Under the pieces are notes generated by a model. It did no database searches. It saw only the letters and a program-made list of their open reading frames with translations, and had not been told where the DNA came from. A stretch of 63,332 bases of DNA, the filler included, from Octopus bimaculoides (Eukaryota): assembly GCF_001194135.2 (NCBI RefSeq). It is 5 parts of 4 records of this genome, joined end to end, with 100 filler letters (N's around TTAATTAATTAA, not from the genome) between each part and the next. Parts side by side here need not be neighbours in the genome. Positions count along the whole stretch, not along the records: positions 47,520 to 58,691 come from NW_026439247.1; positions 58,792 to 61,015 come from NC_068987.1; 3 more parts are not named here. One strand, written 5' to 3'. Within the stretch, counting starts at the first letter, position 1. Each line of letters opens with the position of its first letter. A program made the translations under genes and the position numbers. Shown here one piece after another: positions 48,791-60,027 of the stretch.

Positions 48791-50362
48791 GTACTATAAA
48801 ATATGAATTATAAATAACCTTCAATTACAATAGGAATTATTATCTCTTGGAGCTTTTTCAAAAACCACAGCTTGCATTACCCACTATTACTGTCTTTGTG
48901 GTAAGCGTTATAACTTAGTATATGTTTATAATGGTGGAAGTATTTTTTTCAAAATTCCAAGAAAATGTTTCGGGTTAACTGTTTTATTTTAGTATCACTA
49001 GTATATTGGTTTTGTACATTTGTATATTGCCTATTTTGATGGTGACTGGTGGCTGTGTATTTTCAGTGTGAATGTCTTTGGATTTCCATGCAGTACTCAC
49101 TGCTGTTCTTCATCTTCATGCCATTTCTGATCCAGTTGACTTAACATGAAACACATTCCAGCCGTGAACATCATACCATTTTATATTTCATAAAATATTT
49201 CTAGAACTACATCATCCAACGCTTCCTTCTTCTATTGTTATGGTGATAGAATGAAAATTATGAGAAAATACATAGATTTATAAATGATATGGAATGGTCA
49301 CTTAACCCACATCACAAACAGTGATGTGGGAGGCAGGTCAATAACAACCAAACATTGAAGACCATAGTCTGTGCTGATGTTTTGTTAGTTAAACTAACAA
49401 TAACACATTATAATTACATGCATTTTAATTACAAAGTAAGTTCATTAATTTATTGTAACTAGTGGGACTCATTAATATTTCACAGAATTAATGGTAAACC
49501 TATCAGGTTATTTCTGAAAACTTTATCCAAAAACTTGGAAGTGTGGCCTGTTTTGTATCTCTATGGAAAGACAGTTGCTCATCTGCTACTCATTGAAAAG
49601 TGAAAGGAATTGAAATATGATGATTACTTAATGCACTTATATACACTTTAAATACTTTATGCACAATTTTATAGACTTAGTATACAGCACTCATAAATAA
49701 TATTCACTCATATTTTTCCATTTTTCCCATAAAAAAAATATCCTGCACATACGATACAATTTTTTATTAATTGCCTATATTTGCCATGTATATAAGCATG
49801 AATATTTCCCAGAATTGCATTTATGTGCATGCGTTAAGTGATAGGTGATATAAAAAAAATCCTGGTTCAATCAAAAATATACACTTTTCACGATCCAGTC
49901 TCCACCATCACAACCACCATCATCATCATCTTCTCTCTCTCTTTCCCCCTCTCTCTCTCTCTCTCTCCCCCCCCTCTCTCTCCTCTCTTTCTCCCTCTCT
50001 CTCTCACTGCCTTTCTTTAACCTCAACATCAGAACATCACCCCTCTGCAAAAATTATACCTTCAACTAAATGTTTTAACCATATAATAAATATTATGTTC
50101 CCCAACTTCATGTCATGGATGCTTCTCCCTCTTTCTTTGCCTTATCCTATTTTTCTCTCTCCTTTTTCTCCTCTCTTTCCTTTCATGAAAGCATTATAAT
50201 TACATTTCCTCTACCTCATCATGGACGCTTCTCTCTCCCTCTTTTCCTCTATCTCTCTTTTCGTTCTCCCACTTTTTCTCTAGTCTCGTGAAAGTGTTAC
50301 TGACAGGCTAAGTAATGCAATGACAAGCAGAATTATTACAAGATTTTGATTTTTTTTTTCAG

Positions 50363-50512
50363 AATGCCACCAACCCACGGTGTGTTTATTGGGATGAATC
50401 ACCTGGACAGGAACCCAAATGGTCATCAAAAGGCTGTGATGTATTCAGATATGTACCTGGAAAGAAAGTAGTTTGTTCTTGTAACCATCTTACAAGTTTT
50501 GCCCTGCTAATG
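50363..50512 (+). CDS. Internal exon of an adhesion GPCR: GPS motif / end of GAIN domain
   Basis: Polypyrimidine tract and AG at 50361-50362, GT at 50513. 150 nt, phase 0/0. Translates to NATNPRCVYWDESPGQEPKWSSKGCDVFRYVPGKKVVCSCNHLTSFALLM, which carries the GPS C-x2-W...W-x3-GC...CxCNHLTSF pattern. Confidence 0.93.
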
Positions 50513-51213
50513 GTTGGTAACATTATGGCATCTTGTTAATTACCTGTAATTTGGCAGTAATGTCTATGCATTAATAATTTCAAAGAAGTCTAACTAACAC
50601 ATCTACTGGACTTTGTGTTGAATATTTGAGTAAATATGTGAAGTCGATATATTGTAAGAAGTCACAGTTGCTCTTGTTGTTATTGCTGTCACTTAAAAAT
50701 TTAAACTAATGATGGTGTCGTTTTGATGTACCAAACTACCATCCCTAATGAAATGCATGAGTATTCCTTCTTCCTTGATATAAAAGGGATGGAAACAGAA
50801 AGTCATTTACCCTAGTTTTAAAGTTTATCATGTTGAAACCATCTGAATGGTATTGTAACTTATAAAGACATATTTAATATATATTATATCTCCATAGCAC
50901 ATAAAACATGTTTGCAACTCAGATGTTAAATCTTTGATCTCCTCATGATTCTCTTCCAAGATCTTTCTACCCATTTGTGGTATTTCTCTAGCAGAGGCTG
51001 TCATGTCAATAATACATGTATATCCAGTACCTGTTATATGACAACACTGCTACCTGCAACAATAAAACATACTCCTATCTATGGTAAATAGTTTAGCCTA
51101 AAGGAATGATTGAACAAATTCAGTATGTTAGTTCACTCCATCAGTAACTTGATATCACAAGGTTGGAGATTAAATAGCCAGGACACTGATGTTGTTCCAG
51201 TCATTATCAGTAT

Positions 51214-51565
51214 TGTTAGGAATTTAGTAGAAAGTGGGTTATACATCTTTAGATTGTATACCTGACTTTCTACTATAAAATTAAAGAAATAGACGGAACG
51301 CTGAACTCCAGACTAAACAACTTAAACAACATTTATTTACTTGGTAAAACATGCAAATCTTTAGTTATACATCTTTAGAGGTGAGAATAACGAGCTGTCG
51401 AGTGTAAGACCGAAAGATGTAGAGACAGCTCTAAACACACGTCCATGCTCAATCGCTGGCCAGCGAGAAAGAGAATGAATTGAGCGGGAAACGCTTGCTT
51501 GTTTAATTCTACGCATGCATAAGACTACGCATGCGTAAGACTACACATGCGCAGGCGTTACTACA
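51214..51565 (-). mobile_element. Possible solo LTR
   Basis: The minus strand begins TGTAGTAAC and ends CCTAACA, with an internal AATAAA and 16-bp tandem units. No TSD was found. Confidence 0.4.
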
Positions 51566-52075
51566 GGAACATTACTGAATCAATTTGCTTCTTGTCTTTG
51601 TTATTATTTTCATCTCTGTTAGCTTTGTTACCAAAGTAATTTTAATTGTGCATTTATTTCTGCATCTAAACATTCATTGATCACATTGACCCAAATTGAG
51701 CTGAACAATCTCTCAACAAGGCTGTCATTCATATCTTGTTATGAATGACAATCTCTAGTAACCCATGACCAAAACATCTCTGAAATAAACTATTTCCTCA
51801 CTCTCCACTAATTGTTAAATATTCTTTAAAAAAAAACTTATAGCACCAAGATGTTATGACAGTATCAAGAATTATCTTCATTTTCCTAGTGTTAAGTGAA
51901 TGAGAAAGAAATAAGTACTTTCTGCACACATCATCAGTCTATCTCAGTTAAGAGATGGTTTAAGTGTAGCAGCTCTTGAATCAACTGTACTGATAAAATA
52001 TACTAAGACATACCTTCAGTGAATTTGAACTCAAGAACTGGTGTCACATTCTACCGCTACATCTCATATATACAT

Positions 52076-54263
52076 TACTACCAGCTAAACCCGGTTTCAC
52101 CCGGTCTGTTTGGATGATGTGGCTGTGATTGTTTTTGGTTAGGCATAATCTATAACAGCGTTTCTGATCATTTCGTGTTCCATTTCGATTGGAGCCTCCA
52201 GCTGTATGAAGATTTCATCCCCTCCTGTCAGAAAATGGTTTCAGGAGTTGTGAATAAAAAATTTGTATGTAGTCTGTTTGTGAGAGCTATTCTATTGGAC
52301 ATCTGTCTAATCATTAAAAGATTTATTTAATTATGAACATAGAAAGAAATTATACATTAATCGCAATTTTTGTAAGCAGTTTTATCCGTAAAAATTCTAT
52401 TTGCAGAGAGCAGAAATTGAAAGATACATGAAATGGACGTGCATGTGTGTGTGGGGGGGGAGGGGGGTATGTGAAAGAGAAGAAAAGTGAAGAGAAAAGC
52501 TAAGTGAACTATGGAATAAGTAATTGTTATATGCTTATAGAAAAACAATTTATATTATAGAAATTGATACATACCTATTGCTTTCAACACGTGTATAATC
52601 ATAGAGAAACTGAAAGGCATGAAGTGTCCGTTTGTGTGTGTATTTTTGCATTTAGCAGGAGCTGGTTTGTGTTTTATCACTCAATCAATGGCCGGACGGA
52701 AAGGCAATCTTTTGAAGTGGGCGGCGAATGAAGAGACATGGACAGTTTGACTGAACTTCATTTGAAGCTGTGGTGAGAGGGGAGAATTGATGTTGTGCGT
52801 GCGTATGTCTGTGTGTGAGAGTGTGTATGTTTGATGGGGTGTGCACGACAGAGAGAGTAATGTTGATAGTGTATGTGTATATGAGAGAGAGAGAGAGATA
52901 ACTGAAATTTATCATTCAGTTTATTTATTTATTAATATGTACATATGTATGAATGGCTCCAGTGACACACACTCACATACACGCACGCACACAGGTTGTT
53001 TTAATCGATTTTCTCTGTAAGTATGGGGGCTAGGAAAAATAGAAAGCACGTTCTAATCTATGCACCCGTCTCCACATGTGTGCCATTTTTCACACGAATC
53101 TACCCAGCCATTTGGCCGTGAACCTCAAGATAAGAAAGAATACAACGGTCGGCCAACTTCCACCGGGTCTGTTTGGACGTCTGTCTAATCATTAAAAGAT
53201 TTATTTACTTATGAACATAGAAAGAAATTATACATTAATCGCAATTTTTGTAAGCAGTTTTATCCGTAAAAATTTTAAAAGAAAGTGTAATTGCATGTGA
53301 GATCATGGTAGAAAATTTTTACGATAGTTGATTTATGGAAAAGATTATGTTAAATGTTTGAAATGCAAATCTGTGAATGAAAAATAAGTTCAGACCTCTA
53401 CATGGTAGGTAGACTTGGTAGAAATAGCAACCAAATCTCCCTCAAAACACCCTACTGTATTAATGCGAGAATTCTGTGTACTATGTTAAGAAGTTGACGA
53501 AGCTGTAAGAATTAATGGGAAAATTGTATGTAAGAATTAATAGCAGACGTATCCAATTTAACAAAAGTGAAGAGAAAAGCTAAGTGAACTATGGAATAAG
53601 TAATTGTTATATGCTTATAGAAAGACAATTTATTTTATAGAATTTGATACATACCTGTTGAAGATTAAAATGTATGTAAGAGCTATTGTTTTCGATGCGT
53701 GTATAATCATAGAGAAACTGAGACATGAAATGTCCGTTTGTGTGTGTATTTTTGGTGGGATTTTTGCATTTAGCAGGAGTTGGTTTGTGTTTTATCTCTC
53801 GATCAATGGCCAGACAAGTGAAAAGGGAAGGCGATCTTTTCAAGTGGGCGTCGAATGAAGAGACATGGACAGTTTTATGACTGAACTTCTTTCGAAGTTG
53901 TGGTGAGAGGGGAGAATTGATGTGCATGCGTATGTCTGTGTGTGTTTGAGTGAGTATGTTTGATGGGGTGTGCGCGACAGAGAGAGTAATGTTGATGGTG
54001 TATGTGTATATGAGAGAGAGAGAGAGATAACTGAAATTTATCATTCAGTTTATTTATGTATGAATGGCTTCAGTGACACACACTCACATACACGCACGCA
54101 GGTTGTTTTAATCGATTTTCTCTGTAAATATGGGGCCTAGGAAAAATAGAAAGCACGTTCCAATCTATACACCCGTCTCCACATGTGTGCCATTTTTCAC
54201 GTGAATCCACCCAGCCGTTTGGCCGTGAACCTCAAGACAAGAAAGAATACTTATATTATAGAT
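52076..54263 (+). mobile_element. Head-to-tail dimer of a ~1.1-kb non-autonomous Helitron/Helentron-like element
   Basis: Units at about 52076-53143 and 53150-54263 share long blocks. The start is TACTACCAGCTAAACCCGG and the end is TATTATAGAT. There are no long TIRs. Confidence 0.55.
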
Positions 54264-54511
54264 GAAGATAATGAAACTTCATACTAGAACTATTGAACAT
54301 CCAACAGAAGGTAGCCCACTAATACATAGTATCTAATGCAGCTTAGGGTTACCTAAGATTAGGTTAATCCTATCCCTAATGCAGCTTACTGTAGTCCTCA
54401 CCTTCAACATCAACATTATATATACACATATATAACACATATATAAATATTGACTAACATAGAAAAAGGGATGGGAAGGAGAAGCTAATATGTTTTTTTT
54501 TTCTATTGCAG

Positions 54512-54624
54512 GATATCTATGAGACCAACATAACTAATCCGTTCTTGTCTATGATATCTTACATTGGCTGTGGAATATCGGCTGTCTTTCTCATTCTTAC
54601 AATATTAATTCATGTTTGTTTCAA
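54512..54624 (+). CDS. Next exon of the same adhesion GPCR: linker plus TM1 (ADGRG/GPR126-like)
   Basis: TTTTTTCTATTGCAG acceptor and GTAAGC donor at 54625. 113 nt, phase 0 to 2. Translates to DIYETNITNPFLSMISYIGCGISAVFLILTILIHVCF(K), in frame with the GPS exon. ISYIGCGIS is a typical adhesion-GPCR TM1 motif. Confidence 0.92.
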
Positions 54625-55069
54625 GTAAGCATTTCAATTTCTATATTTAAATACAAAGAAACAGCAACGATCAGTATGTGGAATTGTCACAGCTCAGTAA
54701 GATTGGTGAGGAAAGAATTTCAGAATGTTGTCATTCTGATGAGAATTGAATGAACAAGTATTTTAGTGTAGGTTTTGTAAGTAACACAGTAAGGATGACA
54801 TAAGAAAGAAAGAGGGGTGGGAGATCTATACTGTGTGTTTAAGTAAAGTTAGTTTATAGCTTGTTAATTCAGAAAAAATATAGTAGTGACTCTTTCTCTA
54901 CTATTACTGCTATGTCAATCTTTGTCTTTTTCATACGATATGTCTGGGAGCATATTGTAATGTGTTAGTAAGTTAATACTTGCCATGCAGTCAAACAAAC
55001 TTCTTTTAGGTGTGGTCGACAATATGTGTGTGTGTGTGTGTATGTATAAGTGTATGTACAAGAGTAAAA

Positions 55070-56353
55070 CAATCATTAGTGACTAATGACCAGGCAGGTG
55101 GAAAGAAAGGGTTGTGAGGATGTTCTAGAAATAAAGAAAAGCACTGGAGAAGCCTCGTGACAGTATGGCTTGATTTTAGGAAAGCATTCTTCTCTATTCC
55201 CCACTCACGGCTGTTGATGTATCTGCACTTGGTGAAAATACCTGCTACCTTAGTTGCTGCTATTGAGGGGTTGACAAAGACCTGAACAACAATTCCCACA
55301 CATACAATTGAAAGCAGAGCAACCATCTCTGAGGTTATAAATATTTCAAAGAGTATATTCCAAAGACAGTCATTCTGTAAATCTGTTCGTTTTGACATTA
55401 AAACCATTACCATTTTTGCTACAAAAACCTAATGGCTGCATATTAACTTCTACAACTGCTTGAGATACCAGAATAACTCATAAGTTTCTTTGCGGCTTTA
55501 TGCTTAGAATGTTATCAACATAGGAAAACATCTAGAGTTAAGAACTATTTCAATTGCGATATGAATGGAATTTGGCCAAAAGTAATATTCGTATTTGATT
55601 GTTGAACACAAAAAAACAGTTCTTTAAACCCAAAACCTGGGCATTAACAGTCTCTCTAGATCTGCTAATAACACCTTGGCATTGATGAAAGCATTGTATG
55701 AAGGTGCTGTGAAAAAAGATAGAGTTAACTAAGAATATTATACCAGACTTAAATATATGGCTGCTGGAAGTCCCCTCTTGCAGCAAAATAATATTGCACA
55801 ATTTATCTATTGGCTAGAAATCTTGAAATAAAACTGAATAATGACATACATACGTACACACATGCATATTGGAATATTCCCATCAAAATTTCTGTCAAAT
55901 GTAAGCATAACAGGCCAGATATTGTTTGGGACAGAGGGGTAAAGGTATGTGCCATCATAGAGCTTAGCTGCCCTGCAGATATATAAATATCTCTTTGAAA
56001 ATCAAATAAAAAGAGAATATCTATGGACAACTGCTTTGATACCTCCAGCTTCTATATCCAGACTATGAGTTCATATTCCTATCAATAATTAGATCGCTAG
56101 ATTTTGTTAGTAAATGCTTAAAGGAGAATCTGGATAAACTGGGATTTTCAGAAAGAGAAATTGACCTGGCTGATTCATACATTACAAGTCCAATCTGTGA
56201 GTGGAATAGTAAAAATATGCAAGACTTTTCTCAAGTTCCAAATGTGAATTTGTCTGTATTAACTACATCCCAAAGATGGAGCCTTGTCTCTTTGATGGAA
56301 ACTGGCTCCCTCTTCAGTGGAAGATTTATAATAATTAAAAAACAGAAGTGACA

Positions 56354-56380
<27 letters not shown>
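55070..56380 (+). mobile_element. R4/Dong-clade LINE relic (RT plus RLE endonuclease) with a (TACA)n end
   Basis: NDQAGGKKG, VWLDFRKAFFSIPH, IFQRDS, YWNIPI...HNRPDIV...IIELSCP, CKTFLKF*. Confidence 0.8.
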
Positions 56381-56384
<4 letters not shown>

Positions 56385-56723
56385 GTAGTCAATTCAATGA
56401 AGAAACAATTAAAAAAAATGAATAAAAAAAGAAAAAGAAAAAAAACGAACGTAAGGATGTTCACAAGAATTATATTAGCTTGATGCTCAGTGGAAAGAGA
56501 GAGTTTTTAATGTTTCAAGCATAGCACTTCATCAGAAAGGAGAAAGGGAAAAGTCCAAAAGAAGGCAAAGAAAAATATATATATATTGTATATCACACTC
56601 AAGCTGCTGTATTTAATTAATCTGCATATTTGCCTCTATATATAATTATGATCAAGGGTGCTGAATGACACCTATATTGCAAGAAAGAAGAGTTAAAACT
56701 CTTAATGCTGCATGAGGCACACA

Positions 56724-56763
<40 letters not shown>

Positions 56764-56773
56764 NNNNNNNNNN

Positions 56774-56811
<38 letters not shown>

Positions 56812-56817
56812 TAACAA

Positions 56818-56885
56818 GGGAGATAACTGCCCTATGAACAAATCTGGGAGCGCTGGACTAGTTTCATCAGTTAGTTGCACTGCTT
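56818..56885 (-). repeat. Inverted, decayed copy of the 57098-57160 hammerhead region
   Basis: Minus strand TGCAACTAACTGATGAAACTAGTCCAGCGCTCCCAGATTTG...TATCTCCC aligns to TGCAACTAACAGACAAAACTTTCCAGTGCTCCCAGTTTTG...TATCTCCC. Confidence 0.65.
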
Positions 56886-57083
56886 AGATGGTTTTGGCTA
56901 AATCCAACTGTCAGTATATATATTTGCCATATGAATATAAAGCTGATTTAGCGAAATGCTAATGTGTTTGCTAAAGTTTAATATAAGCAGTTAGATGTGA
57001 TATAAAAGCCATGTAGAAAAAACAATTGTCACTAGTTGTGACTGAGAGGCTGAATGTCACCTATATTGTATGCTATGGAGAAG

Positions 57084-57128
57084 GCACTTCTGATGAGTCT
57101 GCAACTAACAGACAAAACTTTCCAGTGC
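57084..57128 (+). ncRNA. Decayed minimal hammerhead motif, second family (Penelope-like)
   Basis: GCACTT-CTGATGA-GTCTG(CAACTAA)CAGAC-AAAA-CTTTC-CAGTGC. GAAA has become AAAA at a CpG site, and stem I is GCACT/AGTGC. Confidence 0.5.
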
Positions 57129-57189
57129 TCCCAGTTTTGTGTATGGGGTGGCTATCTCCCCTATCAATGTGTGTGTGTGTGTGTGTAAA

Positions 57190-58690
57190 CACTACTATTC
57201 GAAAGTTTAAGATCACCTACAAAAGTATGTTTCAAAGTGGAATTTTTAATTCAATGTCATCGATTTAAATAGTTTTTTAGTATAAAAATATGGAATAACA
57301 TTTTGCATAAAGTTTGGGGTTTATTCAATATGGAATAACACTGTATATACATATTTTATATGCAAACAGTCATATTTCTAGATGGCAAACCTATTTGTCA
57401 AAATCATTTTAGTGTCCACTTTTTGGCAACATTGCAATACATTTTGATTATTTACACTCCTTATGTGCTGTTGGTTGAGATAACATCACTTAATGACTGT
57501 GTGAAATGTGTTGTTGTTTCTTTCAGATTCAATTATTAAAAATAAGTAAAATTAGTGAAATTCCTAAAACTCAACTGAAATATAGGCAAAACCAGAAACC
57601 TGAAAAGTGACAAAACATTGTCACATTACATAGTGAAGGCTATAGTTTTTGAGATATAACTAAAAATGTTAGTTTCCTACACTGCCATCTGCACCGACAT
57701 TGTAAGGTATAATGAAACAGGAAAAAATAATGATGGAGCTTGGTCAGGTCATTCAAAAGTAACTTCTAAATCACAGGATAAGTTCATCAGAGTCTCTAGT
57801 CTTCAAATAGGTGCCTGACAGCAAATTAAATCGCTGCACAAGTAAGTGAAGCAGGTGAAGCTAACTTGTCTCCAACAACCAAAAGGAGAGGACTCATTAT
57901 TGTCTAAATGGTCATCGTACTACCAGAAAACTACTGCTTTCACCTGTGAATAAACGTGACTCATATGGGCCAGAAAACGCCAAACCTGAACTACTGATTG
58001 ATGGAAATGAGTCCTTTGGACTGATAAATCAAAATTTGAAATCTTCGGATCCTGGGGTAGAGTTTATGTGAGGCAAAGAATTGGTGAACAACTGACTCCT
58101 GAATGTATAGTTCCAACTGTAAAGCATGGTGGGGTAAGTGTGATGAGTAGGGATATTTTGCAGGTAGTAGTGTTGAGGATATTCATCAGGTAACAGGAAT
58201 ATTGAACCAAAATGGGTGTCACTGTATCCTCTAGCATTATGCCATTCCATCTGGGGCGAGGTTGATCAGTGATAACTCCGGGCTGATGCAAGACAACAAT
58301 CCTAAACATACTTCTAAGCTATGCAAAAACTATTTACAGAAGAAAATGGATGAAAAAATGTTGAGCGTAATGAAATGGCCAGCCCAATCTCCCGATAGTG
58401 TGGGCTGAATTGGATTGCAAAGTCAAAAGGCAACAACCAAGTAGTGCAGAAACCCTCTCGATACTCTTACAAGTGGAGTGGCAAAATATTACCACTGAAT
58501 GGCCAGAGTATGCTCCTCAGTGATCAAGGCCAAGGGCAGACATTTTGATGAGTCTTCCTCTGATTTTTCAATTTTGTTTAGTTGCTGAATTGATTGTTAT
58601 CCAATGAATGTAACTAAACATTAATAAAAAATCTTTCAATTGTTTCCATTTTGTAGATGTTTTTTCAAAATAAGTTTCAGTGATCTTAAA
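57190..58690 (+). mobile_element. Near full-length, decayed Tc1-family transposon
   Basis: Left TIR CACTACTATTCGAAAGTTTAAGATCAC. The right end GTGATCTTAAAC runs into a gap. Transposase motifs WTDKSKFE, PTVKHGG, QDNNPKHTSK and WPAQSPD are present with stops and frameshifts. Confidence 0.9.
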
Positions 58691-58791
58691 CNNNNNNNNN
58701 NNNNNNNNNNNNNNNNNNNNNNNNNNNNNNNNNNNTTAATTAATTAANNNNNNNNNNNNNNNNNNNNNNNNNNNNNNNNNNNNNNNNNNNN

Positions 58792-59588
58792 TGGCGATAC
58801 CTGCTCAGAGGCCTACGCAAAATTGTAGAAAGTGTATAGAATGGAGTATATGAGCCGTACACAAGTGTACGAGTTGTTCAAACGTTTCCAAGATGGCAGA
58901 AAAAATGTCGCTATTGACGAACGCTCTGGAAGACCCGCAACTAACAGAACTAAGAAAAACATCGCAGATGTGCGTGCAGCCTTAAGGGGAAATCGTCGAA
59001 TCACCATCCATGAGTTATCAGACGATGTGTAGATTAGTTACGGTTCCGTTCAGTCCATTATAACTGAAAATTTGTGTATGAGACGCGTGTCTGCTAAGTT
59101 TGTGCCAAAACTGCTTTCCTCTGACCAAAAAGACAATCGGGTTTCAGTTGCACAAGATCTCTTTGAATGTACCGAGAACGATGAAAACTTTTTGAAAACT
59201 TTGCATAGGCCCTCTGAGCAGGTATCGCCAAGCTTTTGGCAAAATTTGATGCAAATTTTCTGCTCAACGTTCTCTGTTATGGTGAATGCGATGATCACAC
59301 GCTACACACCTTCCTTTCAAGTACTGCTGCCAACAGCTGAAGTAAGTTAGAACGTTAAAACTTAGTGTGCATGCACAGCAGAATTCATGGTCAATCTGTG
59401 CCAAACGGCTTCAGTTTGCATGCTTTAGTTTTGTTACTATGGCAACAGTCCGGATACCTATTGATCACACCACATTATGTATGTATGTATGTATGTATGT
59501 ATCTATCTATCTATCTATGTATGTATGTATCTATCTATCTACATATATCTAAATACTTTGACTCTTACGTGACACCACCTCACGAATA
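58792..59588. mobile_element. Mariner derivative with an inverted duplication of its 5' end
   Basis: + strand: MSRTQVYELFKRFQDGR...RSGRP...RRVSAKFVPKLLS. - strand from 59200: NVEQKICIKFCQKLGDTCSE. A TIR-like end lies at about 59560-59588. Confidence 0.8.
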
Positions 59589-59759
59589 TGTACGCATTTC
59601 AAACAAAAGCAAATGAAAGGATAAGCTGGCTGACACTGCGAAATTATTGTCACCACTATTTTGTTAAATGTATAACAAATATGTACTCTACAAAAATATT
59701 GAGTAATCCTTCTGCTTAACGTTACTTTCTTTTCATTATAACACGATATTGTAAAAACA

Positions 59760-59804
<45 letters not shown>

Positions 59805-59992
59805 TCGACACTGCAAACGAATCGAACTCCCTGCTACAGAGTAGATTAATGTAGTAAAATTTACTAAAATTTGAACGTTCACAAATTGCGTGCTTCCAGT
59901 CAATTAATACTTTGTATTTCGCCTACAAGTAGGTTGTTGTTTTGATATTATTCATCTATAGCTTTTGTATCAGTAAATCATACAACACACAC

Positions 59993-60027
<35 letters not shown>

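Noticed and set aside
49495-49605. Possible GAIN exon just upstream of the GPS exon (INGKPIRLFLKTL...)
   Set aside because: It ends in phase 2 whereas the GPS exon starts in phase 0, and it shows no GAIN-like motif.
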